Of a stretch of DNA of 64,000 nucleotides, positions 36,809-48,205 are shown piece after piece. Under the pieces are notes generated by a model, which saw only the letters and a list, made by a program, of their open reading frames with translations, had not been told where the DNA came from and searched no databases. Positions within the stretch are counted from its first letter, which is position 1. Each line of letters starts with the position of its first letter. The position numbers were made by a program, and so were the translations under genes. The DNA lies in the NCBI GenBank assembly GCA_965235115.1, contig OZ249440.1, forward strand, positions 32,614,001-32,678,000, in the 5' to 3' direction. The DNA comes from Laetmonice hystrix (Eukaryota).

Positions 36809-37872
36809 TGTAATATCCAGCGCGGGAAAGCTGGCTATAGGAACCGGCACTGGCGTTTATGGGTAGTGACCCCGACCCGGAAGTGACCCTGGTTGCGAGG
36901 GAGAAAAATAGTCGCCATATTTGAAAGCCAGACATGCGAACCGGCGAGCGAAGAGACGACACATACATACGGTTTTAAATCATTTTCGTCACCATGGTAC
37001 GGACAAACAAGGTTTTATGAGGTAAAGACGCATGTTCTTCAAACGTCTATTGTATTGGGTTAACCGTACAACCGGTATTTGTGTGATTTATGAGGGGTTT
37101 TGTAACGTAAGGTGTATCAGGTGCCCGCGCACGTTCATTTGTGTAGGAGCAGGACTCAGTCCAGGCAGTACAGCCCGAGAGATGTTTCTTAAAAATATAT
37201 GGAAGGAGCGTGGTTTTATTCTCGACTAGATAAAGATTTACATCATGGAGTTATTATTGTTTAACTATCAGATTGTAATATTCGGCATTGTTTTATTGAA
37301 TAGGTAATATAGAAGGCACCCAACCGGTCAACATAATGTGTGTGAAAATGGCATAGGAGCCAGAGTTGTAAGTTTTCTTGTGATTATTCATATTTTAAAT
37401 GGTCTAAATGTCAACGATTATATTGTTCACGTTTTGTGGTTACATTTCCGCAGTTTTATTACAGACTATTTGGATATGTAAAAGGTATAAAAAGGGGTGT
37501 TCGTGTTAATTAGGTCACGCTACCGTACGTGTTTTTAAAAACCCCAATCGCCATCTTGTTTTTAGACTCAGTGTAGAGGTGAAGCTTTCCCCCCTTGAGG
37601 GTGTGAAAAGAAATGTACACGAACATGCTTATGTTATGTTATGATGGGATATTTTCCCTATTCTAAAAGATATCTACAGGGAATTATTTATGGCAATGAT
37701 GGCAATTTATTATGGCATTTTTACTTATATTTTCTCTTATTGTGATTGTTTTAATACAGATTCACGGTACGTAGGTATCAGTGCAATAAAGCTCCTAGAA
37801 ATGGAAAAAGAAATGCTTCGTCAAGTCAATTAAGGCGTTTTATCCCGGCGACACCCACATGCACACATTACA
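36809..37872 (+). repeat. 5' LTR
   Basis: tgtaatatcc...cacattaca; direct repeat of 43416-44479, with tataaaa and aataaa inside. Confidence 0.95.
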
Positions 37873-37915
37873 GTGAATAACTGTCCTACAGTTTGGACAA
37901 CTCTCCTCAAACATC

Positions 37916-40900
37916 ATGGCAGACCCCCTGAAGAGTGAGAGGACGAAACAGAAACGCGTTGTCACGAAACAAGTGAACGTAATCAGACAACTCATAGCGG
38001 AAGAAGAGTCAGAAAAGGTGAAGCAAGAGACCCGGCGCTTGAAAGAGGTCTTCGGAGATTTCAGAAGGGCACAGGATGCATATCATGAGGCGTTACATGT
38101 GGAAAAGGAGATTGAAGAGAGTGAGGTGTATTTCTCTTCAGTACAGAACAAGTACATTGAGACCCTGTTGGCAGTGAGGGAGTACACTGGTGAGACTCCA
38201 CCCAGCTCAACGAGGAACATCGGTAGTGACATTAACAGAGATGAATTATTGGGATTAATGCGTCTCCCTAAACTAACTTTGGAAGTGTTCGATGGCAACC
38301 CAATGCATTACCATACATTTATAGCTGTATTTGATCAGGAAGTGGACACAGCCACAGCTAGTGCCGGTACGAAACTCTCCAGACTGTTGGAATATACCTC
38401 CGGAGCAGCTAAAGAGGCTATTAGAATGTGTTCTCTCATAGGAGGAGAGACAGGATATAAGAAAGCGAAAGACATACTGCACACAAGGTTTGGTAATGAC
38501 CACCTGGTGGCAGAGAGGATCATCAGTGATATTAGGAGAGGCAAGTGCGTAAAGTCACCCACAGATTTCCAACGCTTCTCTGACGATTTAGAGAACTGTT
38601 ACCTCGTTCTGTCGGAACTGGATACACAGACAGCTATTGTGGAAATACTCGGCAGACTACAACCATTTGTCCAAAATGGATGGAGGAAACAGGCGCTCGA
38701 AGGGAAGAGGGAGACTGGGCAATACCCTGGTCTACAAAAATTTGTGAGCTTTGTAAGCCAGATATCGACCGAACTAAACGACCCCATATATGGTCGTTTG
38801 GGCCAAAGAACGCGTGAAGAGCCAGCCAAAAGGCCCAGACATACGTCATACTATACTGCAGCAGATAGTTACCCCAGGAGCACTGATCATCGCCCCATAG
38901 TGGACGCACAACGCCGAACTGACCGACACCCCAGACCGGACACCCAGCGTGGAGCAGACGGCCAACCAAGACAAGGAAGCCATGATACAGCGAGGAAACA
39001 GTACTCTCGCCCCCCAATGACGTCCAACAAATGGACAGAACCACCCTGTGTTCTGTGTGGTGAAAAACACCGCCTGTGGTACTGTCAGACATTTAAAGAC
39101 AGAAGTGCAAGGGAGCGCTTAGAATTAGTTAGAGTTCACAAGTTGTGTGAGAACTGTCTGCTCGCAAACCACAAGACACAAGACTGTAGGAAAGCCTCAG
39201 TGTGCACTGTTCCCGGGTGTGGAAAAAAGCACACAAAGTTTATACATGTGGAAGATGACGCCGTCACAGTCACCAATGCCAGCACAAGTACAGTGTCCAG
39301 TGTCTACATGCCGATCGTTCCTGTACTAGTAAATGGCACACGTCACACTCATGCACTCCTGGACACTGCTTCATCCGGCAGTTTCTGTACAAGGGGATTG
39401 GCAGACAAGCTGGGTGTTGTGGGCCGGGACATCAGCTATGAGCTCAGCACACTCGGCAGCGAAGAAACAAGGAGGACAAAGTGTGTGAACTTGGAATTAG
39501 CACCACAAAACTGTGTCGACACCTTACCTATGTCAAATGTGTTTGTTGTGGATAATATCCCTGTGAGGTCACCCCCCATCGACGTTAGAGGGTTATCTCA
39601 CCTGAGAGACCTCCCACTAGTAAAAGGGGCAGTTAACGTGGAACTGCTCATCGGACAGGACAATGCAGAGTGTCTTATCCCCCTGGAGGTGAGGAGGGGT
39701 GAGATAGGAGAGCCGTATGCTACCCGAACTATACTAGGTTGGTCAGTGAATGGACCAGCAGGTGGCCCAGTCAACAGAAGAATTGTATCCCACTTTATAA
39801 GCATGCTATCTATGTCGAACAAGGAAGGAAACACGACACAGGTCATGGACGAGATTGAAGATGGAGAACTTGGCTTGTCTGTGAACGATGAGAGAGTCAG
39901 GAAATTGTGGGATGAGGAGTGCAGGCTTGTGAATGGTCATTACGAGCTCCCCATACCCTGGCAACAGGGAAAGGACTTCCCCAACAATCTAGGGATGGCT
40001 ATCCCTCGACTTGCTAACCTAAAAAGGAGCCTCATAAGAAAAGTAATTTACGAACAATATGACAGGGAAGTAGAGAAGATGTTGCTCAAAGAGTATGCCG
40101 AACCTGTGCCAGAAGAGGAGATAATGACTGGAGACAGGGTTTGGTATATTCCCCATCAACCAGTCGTTACAGAGAAAAAACCAGGCAAGGTGAGGGTGGT
40201 ATTTGACTGTGCAGCCAGGTTCAAGGGTGAAGCACTAAATGACAAGGCCTACCAAGGTCCGGATTTGAACAACAAACTAACGCACGTCTTGCTGAGATTC
40301 CGTCAAGACCCTTATGCTTACATGGCTGACATCGAAGCCATGTACAATCAAGTGCATGTCACTAAACCCAACAGAGACGCCCTCCGCTTCATCTGGTACG
40401 ACGGGAGTGGTGCCATCAGACACTACAGGATGAAGACCCATCTGTTTGGTGGGGTGTGGTGTGCCAGTGCAGCAACCTATGCTCTACGACGCATCACACA
40501 TGATCAAGACTTGTCCCCATCCGTCAGAGATACAATATGCTCAGCGTTTTACGTTGATGACTGCTTGAAGTCGGTGGGTACCAAACATGAAGCAGAGGGA
40601 CAGATAAAAGAGACGAAGGAAGTTTTAGCAAGTGCGGGTTTTCACTTAACTAAATTTGTGACAAATGATGACGAATTGTTATTTGGCCTTCCAGCCGATG
40701 ATGTGGCACAGGAAGTGAGGTGCATAGACGATGTAAATGACAGCAAGGCTCTAGGAGTGAGGTGGGACGTCCAAACAGATAGCCTATACTTTGAAACTGA
40801 CAAAGAAATGGAAAGGCACACTAATCTGACGAGGAGGAAGATGTTGAGTTGTGTAGCAACCATGTATGACCCATTAGGATTAGTCGGCCCTGTGATCTTA

Positions 40901-43096
40901 AAGGGCAAGATGTTACTACAAGAAGCCACGAGACTAGGCCTGGCTTGGGATGAAATAATACCACGAGGAATGAGTCGAGAATGGGACGAATGGACGATGA
41001 CCATGAAGGACATAAGTCAGATCAAGATACCACGCTGTGTGAAACCAGTGGATTACAATGACGCATTCCTGGAGTTGCATCACTTCAGTGACGCCAGTGA
41101 AAAAGCATATGGATGCTGTTCGTACCTGAGATGTGTGGACAAGAATGGCAAAATATATACCGCTCTCCTCCTGAGCAAGAGTCGAGTCGCGCCTATCAAA
41201 TCACTAACAATCCCCAGACTTGAGCTCCAAGCAGCGGTGTTAGCAGCTCGGGTGGACGTTATGTTAAGGAGACAACTTGATCTCCGACTGAGCAGGTCAT
41301 ATTTCTGGGTTGATAGCGAAATTGTGCTCAGGTACGTCAAGAATGAGGACAAAAGGTTTCAAGTGTTTGTGGCAAACCGGGTCAGCGCCATAAGGAAGAG
41401 TTCGTCACCAGAACAATGGCGCCACATATCAGGAACTGAAAACCCTGCTGATATTATATCCCGGGGATGCACTACAAAGCAAATAGACGTCAAGAAATGG
41501 TTGCGTGGCCCTAACTTCCTCAGAGACTACAAGTCTGATTGGGAAGTAAAGGAGACTGATCTGTCAATAGGTGCATGTGATCCAGAGGTCAAGAAACAGG
41601 TGGTAGTGAACCAATGTGACACAAATGTTATAACAAATGAAGGAGACAATCTGAAACGGCATCCACTAGACATGTTAATTGAACACTATTCCTCCTGGCA
41701 CAGACTCAAGAAGGCTGTTGCCTGGATACTGAAGATGAAGGACAGGTTGAAGAGTGGAAAACCCCCTCCGACCAAGCAGATGACAGTCCAAGACATGGAC
41801 AACTCGGAGAGGGAAATCGTGCGACACATACAACAGGAGTTGAAGGAAGTGATAATGGGGAAAAACAAGCGCCACAGGTATCATCAATTAAGCCCTTGTA
41901 TAGATGAAGAGGGTATAGTGAGAGTCGGTGGACGGCTAAGGAGCACGGGCACAAACTGTAGGAGACAAATACTGATACCAGACAATAGTGTCGCACGCAT
42001 GTTGATTCGTCATGCTCATGAAATTGGCCACCTGGGTCGTGAGTATACCCTAGCCCAACTCAGGGAGAGATACTGGATAGAGAGGAGAAAGGTCACAAGT
42101 GAGTTGAGAAAGTGTGTAACCTGCAAGAAAATAAATAGCAGGCCCTGTACTCAAAGGATGGCAGACGTACCTGACACCAGACTGGGTGTGGGAGACATTC
42201 CCTTCACTCACACGGGAGTGGACTGTTTTGGCCCATTCATTATAAAGCGGGCACGATCCGAAGTGAAGCGGTATGGATGTGTTTTCACATGTATGACAAC
42301 TCGAGCAGTTCACATTGGAGTCCTGTTCAGTATGGACACAGATTCCTTCCTGAACGCCCTCAGACGTTTCATAGCAAGGAGAGGACAACCAAAGACAATT
42401 ACGTCAGATAACGGTGGCAATTTTGTCAGCACAAACAAGGAATTGAGCAAAGGATTGAAGGAATTAGATCAAGAAAAGATAACAGGTCAACTGTTACGGA
42501 ACGACATCACATGGAACTTTATTCCCCCCCACTCCAGCCATATGGGAGGAGCCTGGGAGAGGCAAATAAGATCCATCAGGAAAGTGCTCCAGGGTCTTGT
42601 TGGTGAACAGACACTAAATGAGGAGACGTTAAGTACCTTTATGTGTGAGGTGGAGGCTATTTTAAATAATAGGCCAATTACGGCCAACAGCGATGATGTC
42701 AACGACCTCTGGGTTTTGAAGCCGAACCACTTGCTATTAATGAGAGAGGGACTTGATGCTCCCCCTTGTGCGTCTGACAAAACTGACATATATAGGAGAC
42801 AGTGGAGACAGGTCCAATATCTGGCCTCAGTGTTCTGGAGGAGGTGGGCAAAATTGTATCTGCCAGAACTACAGAAAAGACAGAAATGGTCACATAAACT
42901 GCCAAATGTTAGTGTTGGGGATCTAGTGTTGATCATAGAAGAAAATGTACCCAGGAATGTGTGGCCGCTAGGTAGAGTTGTTGAGGTATACCCTGGCAAG
43001 GATAATCTTGTCACATCCGTCAAACTCAAAACTAAGAGTACGCATTTGATCAGACCAATATGTAAACTCGTCATGCTCGAGGGAAAATTGTATTAG
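37916..43096 (+). CDS. BEL/Pao Gag-Pol polyprotein (1726 aa)
   Basis: Gag (FDGNP..Y..F), three Zn knuckles, protease LLDTASSGSF, RT FYVDD, RNase H HHFSDAS/LELQAA/VDSEIV, integrase HHCC + GVDCFGP/SDNGGNF/GAWER, and a C-terminal GPY/F-like region. Confidence 0.95.
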   Translation: MADPLKSERTKQKRVVTKQVNVIRQLIAEEESEKVKQETRRLKEVFGDFRRAQDAYHEALHVEKEIEESEVYFSSVQNKYIETLLAVREYTGETPPSSTRNIGSDINRDELLGLMRLPKLTLEVFDGNPMHYHTFIAVFDQEVDTATASAGTKLSRLLEYTSGAAKEAIRMCSLIGGETGYKKAKDILHTRFGNDHLVAERIISDIRRGKCVKSPTDFQRFSDDLENCYLVLSELDTQTAIVEILGRLQPFVQNGWRKQALEGKRETGQYPGLQKFVSFVSQISTELNDPIYGRLGQRTREEPAKRPRHTSYYTAADSYPRSTDHRPIVDAQRRTDRHPRPDTQRGADGQPRQGSHDTARKQYSRPPMTSNKWTEPPCVLCGEKHRLWYCQTFKDRSARERLELVRVHKLCENCLLANHKTQDCRKASVCTVPGCGKKHTKFIHVEDDAVTVTNASTSTVSSVYMPIVPVLVNGTRHTHALLDTASSGSFCTRGLADKLGVVGRDISYELSTLGSEETRRTKCVNLELAPQNCVDTLPMSNVFVVDNIPVRSPPIDVRGLSHLRDLPLVKGAVNVELLIGQDNAECLIPLEVRRGEIGEPYATRTILGWSVNGPAGGPVNRRIVSHFISMLSMSNKEGNTTQVMDEIEDGELGLSVNDERVRKLWDEECRLVNGHYELPIPWQQGKDFPNNLGMAIPRLANLKRSLIRKVIYEQYDREVEKMLLKEYAEPVPEEEIMTGDRVWYIPHQPVVTEKKPGKVRVVFDCAARFKGEALNDKAYQGPDLNNKLTHVLLRFRQDPYAYMADIEAMYNQVHVTKPNRDALRFIWYDGSGAIRHYRMKTHLFGGVWCASAATYALRRITHDQDLSPSVRDTICSAFYVDDCLKSVGTKHEAEGQIKETKEVLASAGFHLTKFVTNDDELLFGLPADDVAQEVRCIDDVNDSKALGVRWDVQTDSLYFETDKEMERHTNLTRRKMLSCVATMYDPLGLVGPVILKGKMLLQEATRLGLAWDEIIPRGMSREWDEWTMTMKDISQIKIPRCVKPVDYNDAFLELHHFSDASEKAYGCCSYLRCVDKNGKIYTALLLSKSRVAPIKSLTIPRLELQAAVLAARVDVMLRRQLDLRLSRSYFWVDSEIVLRYVKNEDKRFQVFVANRVSAIRKSSSPEQWRHISGTENPADIISRGCTTKQIDVKKWLRGPNFLRDYKSDWEVKETDLSIGACDPEVKKQVVVNQCDTNVITNEGDNLKRHPLDMLIEHYSSWHRLKKAVAWILKMKDRLKSGKPPPTKQMTVQDMDNSEREIVRHIQQELKEVIMGKNKRHRYHQLSPCIDEEGIVRVGGRLRSTGTNCRRQILIPDNSVARMLIRHAHEIGHLGREYTLAQLRERYWIERRKVTSELRKCVTCKKINSRPCTQRMADVPDTRLGVGDIPFTHTGVDCFGPFIIKRARSEVKRYGCVFTCMTTRAVHIGVLFSMDTDSFLNALRRFIARRGQPKTITSDNGGNFVSTNKELSKGLKELDQEKITGQLLRNDITWNFIPPHSSHMGGAWERQIRSIRKVLQGLVGEQTLNEETLSTFMCEVEAILNNRPITANSDDVNDLWVLKPNHLLLMREGLDAPPCASDKTDIYRRQWRQVQYLASVFWRRWAKLYLPELQKRQKWSHKLPNVSVGDLVLIIEENVPRNVWPLGRVVEVYPGKDNLVTSVKLKTKSTHLIRPICKLVMLEGKLY

Positions 43097-43415
43097 AAAG
43101 TCACTGTATTAGGTCAATCATCCGCGATTTGAATTGTAATGTAAGGTTTAAGGTTGACAAAAACAGTTGAAGTATATACTTCGGTTGGAGGTCCTCTGAT
43201 GTTTGTGTGTTCGTTGATACTGATAGGCCTCACGTAGGCCCATGCCAAGGCTGTTATATGTATACGTGGGATAAATGGTATAGACAAATTGTATTATGTC
43301 GATTCCAGAAATTTAATATGATATGGTTTGTATCGTGTATTGAAGTGTAAAATCGACAAAATGGGTAACTAAATTATAATGAGTTTAGAATTTGGAGAAA
43401 ATTCAAGGTGGGGAG

Positions 43416-44479
43416 TGTAATATCCAGCGCGGGAAAGCTGGCTATAGGAACCGGCACTGGCGTTTATGGGTAGTGACCCCGACCCGGAAGTGACCCTGGT
43501 TGCGAGGGAGAAAAATAGTCGCCATATTTGAAAGCCAGACATGCGAACCGGCGAGCGAAGAGACGACACATACATACGGTTTTAAATCATTTTCGTCACC
43601 ATGGTACGGACAAACAAGGTTTTATGAGGTAAAGACGCATGTTCTTCAAACGTCTATTGTATTGGGTTAACCGTACAACCGGTATTTGTGTGATTTATGA
43701 GGGGTTTTGTAACGTAAGGTGTATCAGGTGCCCGCGCACGTTCATTTGTGTAGGAGCAGGACTCAGTCCAGGCAGTACAGCCCGAGAGATGTTTCTTAAA
43801 AATATATGGAAGGAGCGTGGTTTTATTCTCGACTAGATAAAGATTTACATCATGGAGTTATTATTGTTTAACTATCAGATTGTAATATTCGGCATTGTTT
43901 TATTGAATAGGTAATATAGAAGGCACCCAACCGGTCAACATAATGTGTGTGAAAATGGCATAGGAGCCAGAGTTGTAAGTTTTCTTGTGATTATTCATAT
44001 TTTAAATGGTCTAAATGTCAACGATTATATTGTTCACGTTTTGTGGTTACATTTCCGCAGTTTTATTACAGACTATTTGGATATGTAAAAGGTATAAAAA
44101 GGGGTGTTCGTGTTAATTAGGTCACGCTACCGTACGTGTTTTTAAAAACCCCAATCGCCATCTTGTTTTTAGACTCAGTGTAGAGGTGAAGCTTTCCCCC
44201 CTTGAGGGTGTGAAAAGAAATGTACACGAACATGCTTATGTTATGTTATGATGGGATATTTTCCCTATTCTAAAAGATATCTACAGGGAATTATTTATGG
44301 CAATGATGGCAATTTATTATGGCATTTTTACTTATATTTTCTCTTATTGTGATTGTTTTAATACAGATTCACGGTACGTAGGTATCAGTGCAATAAAGCT
44401 CCTAGAAATGGAAAAAGAAATGCTTCGTCAAGTCAATTAAGGCGTTTTATCCCGGCGACACCCACACGCACACATTACA
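43416..44479 (+). repeat. 3' LTR
   Basis: Near-identical to the 5' LTR; one visible T/C difference near the end. Confidence 0.95.
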
Positions 44480-44989
44480 AGCCTAAGTATGCTGGGACGT
44501 TTTTTTGGGGCCACCCTGTATATGCCATCAACGTTGTCATATATTGTCGCCGGCGACAATGCACGGCGACAATATATGCCGTAACAGCGGGTCGTTTTGG
44601 GGGCATTGCTGCTGTCGAATAAACCTACGATCCACTATGATGCTCTCGGATTCATCTCACACGCTGCGATGTTCTACGAATGTTTACGAAACGATTGAAA
44701 TTTTTTGAACATGTTTAAAATGCTACGATAGGTTACGATTGCATCGTAGCGCATCCAATTTCCCCCTGGGTCCCTATGCACCCCCAGCGTGCCTTCAATC
44801 ACCCCTGGGGGTGCATGTCAACCCCGGTTGGGCACCCCTATACTGTTTTCGAAGCTTTGTGTCAAACGATGATCAGTAATATTACAGAGAGGGTAGAATT
44901 ATTGTCAGGGATGTGCTTCAATCTTTTTTTCATTGTAGTGATTTCCACCATGCCAACTTGGTCCAGGCTGCAAACTAATGAAAATGATG

Positions 44990-45170
44990 ACGCCATGCTG
45001 TTACTTCTTTCTAATGCATATGAAAGAAAAAAGAAAACAGAAAAGGAGACAACGGTGGTGGGTGCACCGCATAAGCTACAGAAGAGCAAACAACACAGTG
45101 CATTCTATCATCCAATGAAAGAGCTAGAATTGGACCAAGAAAGTTTTTTCAGTATTGCCGCTTGACCAGA
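44990..45170 (+). pseudogene. Relic N-terminus of a second Harbinger transposase
   Basis: With frameshifts it reads KRRQRWWVHRISYRR..QHSAFYHPMKELELDQESF.QYCRL, the typical HARBI N-terminal motif. Confidence 0.55.
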
Positions 45171-45225
45171 AAGCAGGAAAGCCTGGTTGCGGAGTACAAG
45201 TATACGCAGACACTCAACGGAGTAA

Positions 45226-45403
45226 AGCCAGAACTCCATGTGTACGTAGTGTGGGTGTGATGCGTAATGCGTACTGGGTAATCATCAAAATCAATAAAAC
45301 CAAGTTGGAGCGATTCCATGTGTGCGTAGTGCATAATGCGTCTTTTCATTGGGTTTGATTATGCACTACGCAATACGCACTACGGACACATGGATTCCTG
45401 GCT
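45226..45403. mobile_element. Harbinger-type MITE
   Basis: TIR agccagaactccatgtgtacgtagtg / cactacggacacatggattcctggct; TAA on the left. Confidence 0.6.
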
Positions 45404-45987
45404 TTGTGGAATGTGACTGTGCATATTCGTAGTCCATACTACGGATGACGCATTCGTATACACCTGCGCAGTACAGATCTATGGAAATCTAGCTAGAAGA
45501 GTCCTTGCCGCCCTTTGAACGCACTCAGTGTCTTTCTGGGTGCAAGGTCACCTACCTTTATTGTCCCCCGGACTGTATGGCGTCGGAGGGGGGGCCTTGG
45601 AGAGACATGTCACCCCGCCCCTGTGACCCAATGTCATCTGGGTAATTAGTGATGCACTCAGAACGAAACAACCAATTATTTTATAACGGATGTACAGTCA
45701 GGACAGATGAGCTAATTAACGGAGGGGACACCTGCACACATATCTCTGAACATTGTACGGTGACACTATTGAGTGCAGGGATCCTCTTAGTATTTTGTAT
45801 TCATGAATAACAAACAACATTTAGTTCTGACCCATTCAGTCGTACACCTGCAAGGCGAGATGGTGAAACCTATTGACTCTCGATCATATCATCGTTATGC
45901 ATGGGCAGGGGACAATGAAAGTATGACTTTCTCTTCATCACAATGAGTAGTAATAGGTGTGAGGGTACACGGCACTTAGGGTAGGGT

Positions 45988-46230
45988 ATTTAGGGTTTTA
46001 CGCCTTGCAACAGCCAGGGTCATATCACGGCGGTGAAGATGATGATGAAAGTCAGTTTTTCTTGGTGGAGGAAACCGGAGTACCCGGAGGAAACCACCGG
46101 CCTTCGGGACGGAACTCACTGACAAACCTTTCACACATGCAGCCCAGGCCGGGGATCGAACCCGGATCGCAGTGGTGTGAGGCGATGTTCCTCGGTGTCA
46201 TAAGCCAACACCTTAGACCACTCGCCCCCC
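45988..46230 (-). mobile_element. tRNA-derived SINE with a V-domain-like core (V-SINE)
   Basis: The minus strand has an A-box agtggtctaagg, a B-box ggttcgatcc and the core ggtggtttcctccgggtactccggtttcctccacca. Confidence 0.8.
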
Positions 46231-47488
46231 CCCCCCCCAGCACTTAAAAGATGCATCCCGATTAACCTTTTAAGGACAGGAAGATTAAAAGAATAGCCCC
46301 TACATCATTGTCAATAGTGCGAAACGAAATGGCTTATGACTATACATGCTTAATAGTAACTTCCACCGCTTTCAAGATATAGACAAGTAGATCTGAAGGT
46401 CACTTCCCAGCTGTCAATAGCAGTTACGAGGTAACGTTATCTTGGCCCATTTGCAAGATATGAGCCAAATTTGTATTATCATGGGGGTAAAAAACAAATA
46501 TGGCCGTCATGTCGCCATATTGGTTCTGAAACAGAAAATATCTTTGCATGCATGTTGTCCTTCATATGCTTTCCACCAAGTTTGAAGGAAATCCAGATTG
46601 ACTGAGTTTATACGTTGGCATATATACATGGCCGCTCATATGCTTCTTCATTTCGTTATCAAATCCATTATTGAATCCAAGTAAGGGGTTCAATGTTTAT
46701 ACCAGGAACTCTATGACCACCATATTGGTTCCTATCCATAAAATCATGCGCACTTGGTACAGGAATTGGAGGGAAGGAAATGACGAGGCGCGGCGGAGGG
46801 TATAAATACAAGCAAACGGTCAAGGTTGAGTCCTCAACATCTGTCGACAAGAAGTGAACGAACGTCCCACCTCCACCCCAACTCCTCCGTCTTCGTCTGT
46901 TATGGATAATATTCATTTACGATTATTTAGCCGTATTTTTCTGGGGCTTATGTGCTGGGCAGGGTTAAGGGGAGGGTTACTGGGGGTCAGCGTGGCCTGC
47001 CCGGGTTTTGGGGGTTAGTTGGGTTCTCTGGGAGGGTTGTCTGGGTTTTTAAAAAAAAAAATTATTCAACAATTTAACAGTATACATCCTCAGCAAAGGT
47101 GCTGGTCTTCCGGCTGTATCTGTGCCTTCAAGGCTCTCTTATACATTTATCACGGTATATTTATATATGGACAGTACAGGGTTGCTTGTTTCTGCCCATG
47201 TTGTCTCCACCTAATAAGGCAGAACAGTAATTTCTATCCTATGTATATGGATTTGGGTACAACTATATATACAGATTTATAAAGTGTTGATTGTTATCAT
47301 GCATTGTAATTAATTATTCAACTGCATTGTGTAGTCTCCACGACGGGTTTCAACCTTTGTATAGAGTCCTCTTAATGGGGATCGACGGGTTACAATGTAA
47401 ATAAAATGTAACCTACAATACCATCCTCCTCTCCGTGTTTTGACTTCATAAATCTATTTGACGTGGTATCATCATCAGACTGGACCTG

Positions 47489-47614
47489 GGCCCGGTTCAC
47501 AAACAAAGTCAAGTCAATTTTAATTGACTTGAAGTCAATTTTACTTGAATCTGATTGGTTAAAATGGATTTCAAGTTAATTAAAATTGACTTGACTTTGT
47601 TTGTGAACCGGGCC
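47489..47614. mobile_element. 126-bp hairpin MITE (Harbinger-like, CTG TSD)
   Basis: ctg|GGCCCGGTTCACAAACAAAGTCAAGTCAATTTTAATT ... AATTAAAATTGACTTGACTTTGTTTGTGAACCGGGCC|ctg. Confidence 0.85.
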
Positions 47615-48070
47615 CTGATGACTGTGTAATGTTTCAAAGAAATTGATCAATTGCAACGCCTCTTCATAGCGGGAATTCCCACTACAGTTTATGCAAGGCT
47701 TAGGCCCATAAAAGGTCACATATGACTTCCTATCTGTCATTAATAATAAACTGAATATACATTGGCATATGTATTGTACCTCATATGCTTGTTCTTTGCA
47801 CCATATTTGAAAGAAATTGCAATGGTTTTGTTAGAACTATATGTATTGAGAAAAATATGCTTACATCCAAGATGGCTGGGCCCTGTGCACACAGTCGTCA
47901 CATGCTGTACATGATCATGATGTTAATAAAAGCGTGATACCTTCGTTTACCAATATGTCTGGGCAAATTTGCTGAAAACAATGAAAGGTCCGTTTCCTGT
48001 TCACTTTTCTGAGTGTATACTTTTTTTATACACCCTCTAGACCCCCCCCCCCCCCCTAACATCCACCCAC

Positions 48071-48205
48071 CAGGGCCGTAGCCTGCCTGCCTGCCTTGTT
48101 TTAACCCACACCCCGGGCCAGCTCGACCGGCGCAATGACGTGCTATCACGTGGCAGGCTTACTGCCCCCCCCCCCCCCACTTATTTGGCCCAGGCTACGG
48201 CCCTG
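48071..48205. mobile_element. Short hAT5-like MITE with a 5-bp TSD
   Basis: cccac|CAGGGCCGTAGCC ... GGCTACGGCCCTG|cccac. Confidence 0.7.

Larger units (their letters stand above)
36809..44479 (+). mobile_element. Full-length BEL/Pao LTR retrotransposon
   Basis: Two 1064-bp TG...CA LTRs, a 5-bp AGCCT TSD (36804-36808, 44480-44484) and a purine tract aaggtggggag before the 3' LTR. Confidence 0.97.
36279..44518. mobile_element. Tc1/mariner-type MITE (about 560 bp) split by the BEL insertion in its right TIR
   Basis: ta|CAGGGTGGCCCCAAAAAAAACG ... CGTTTTTTTGGGGCCACCCTG|ta; TIRs of about 100 bp. Confidence 0.8.

Noticed and set aside
36756..37229. Duplicated small ORFs (also at 43369-43836)
   Set aside because: They are incidental frames in the two LTRs.
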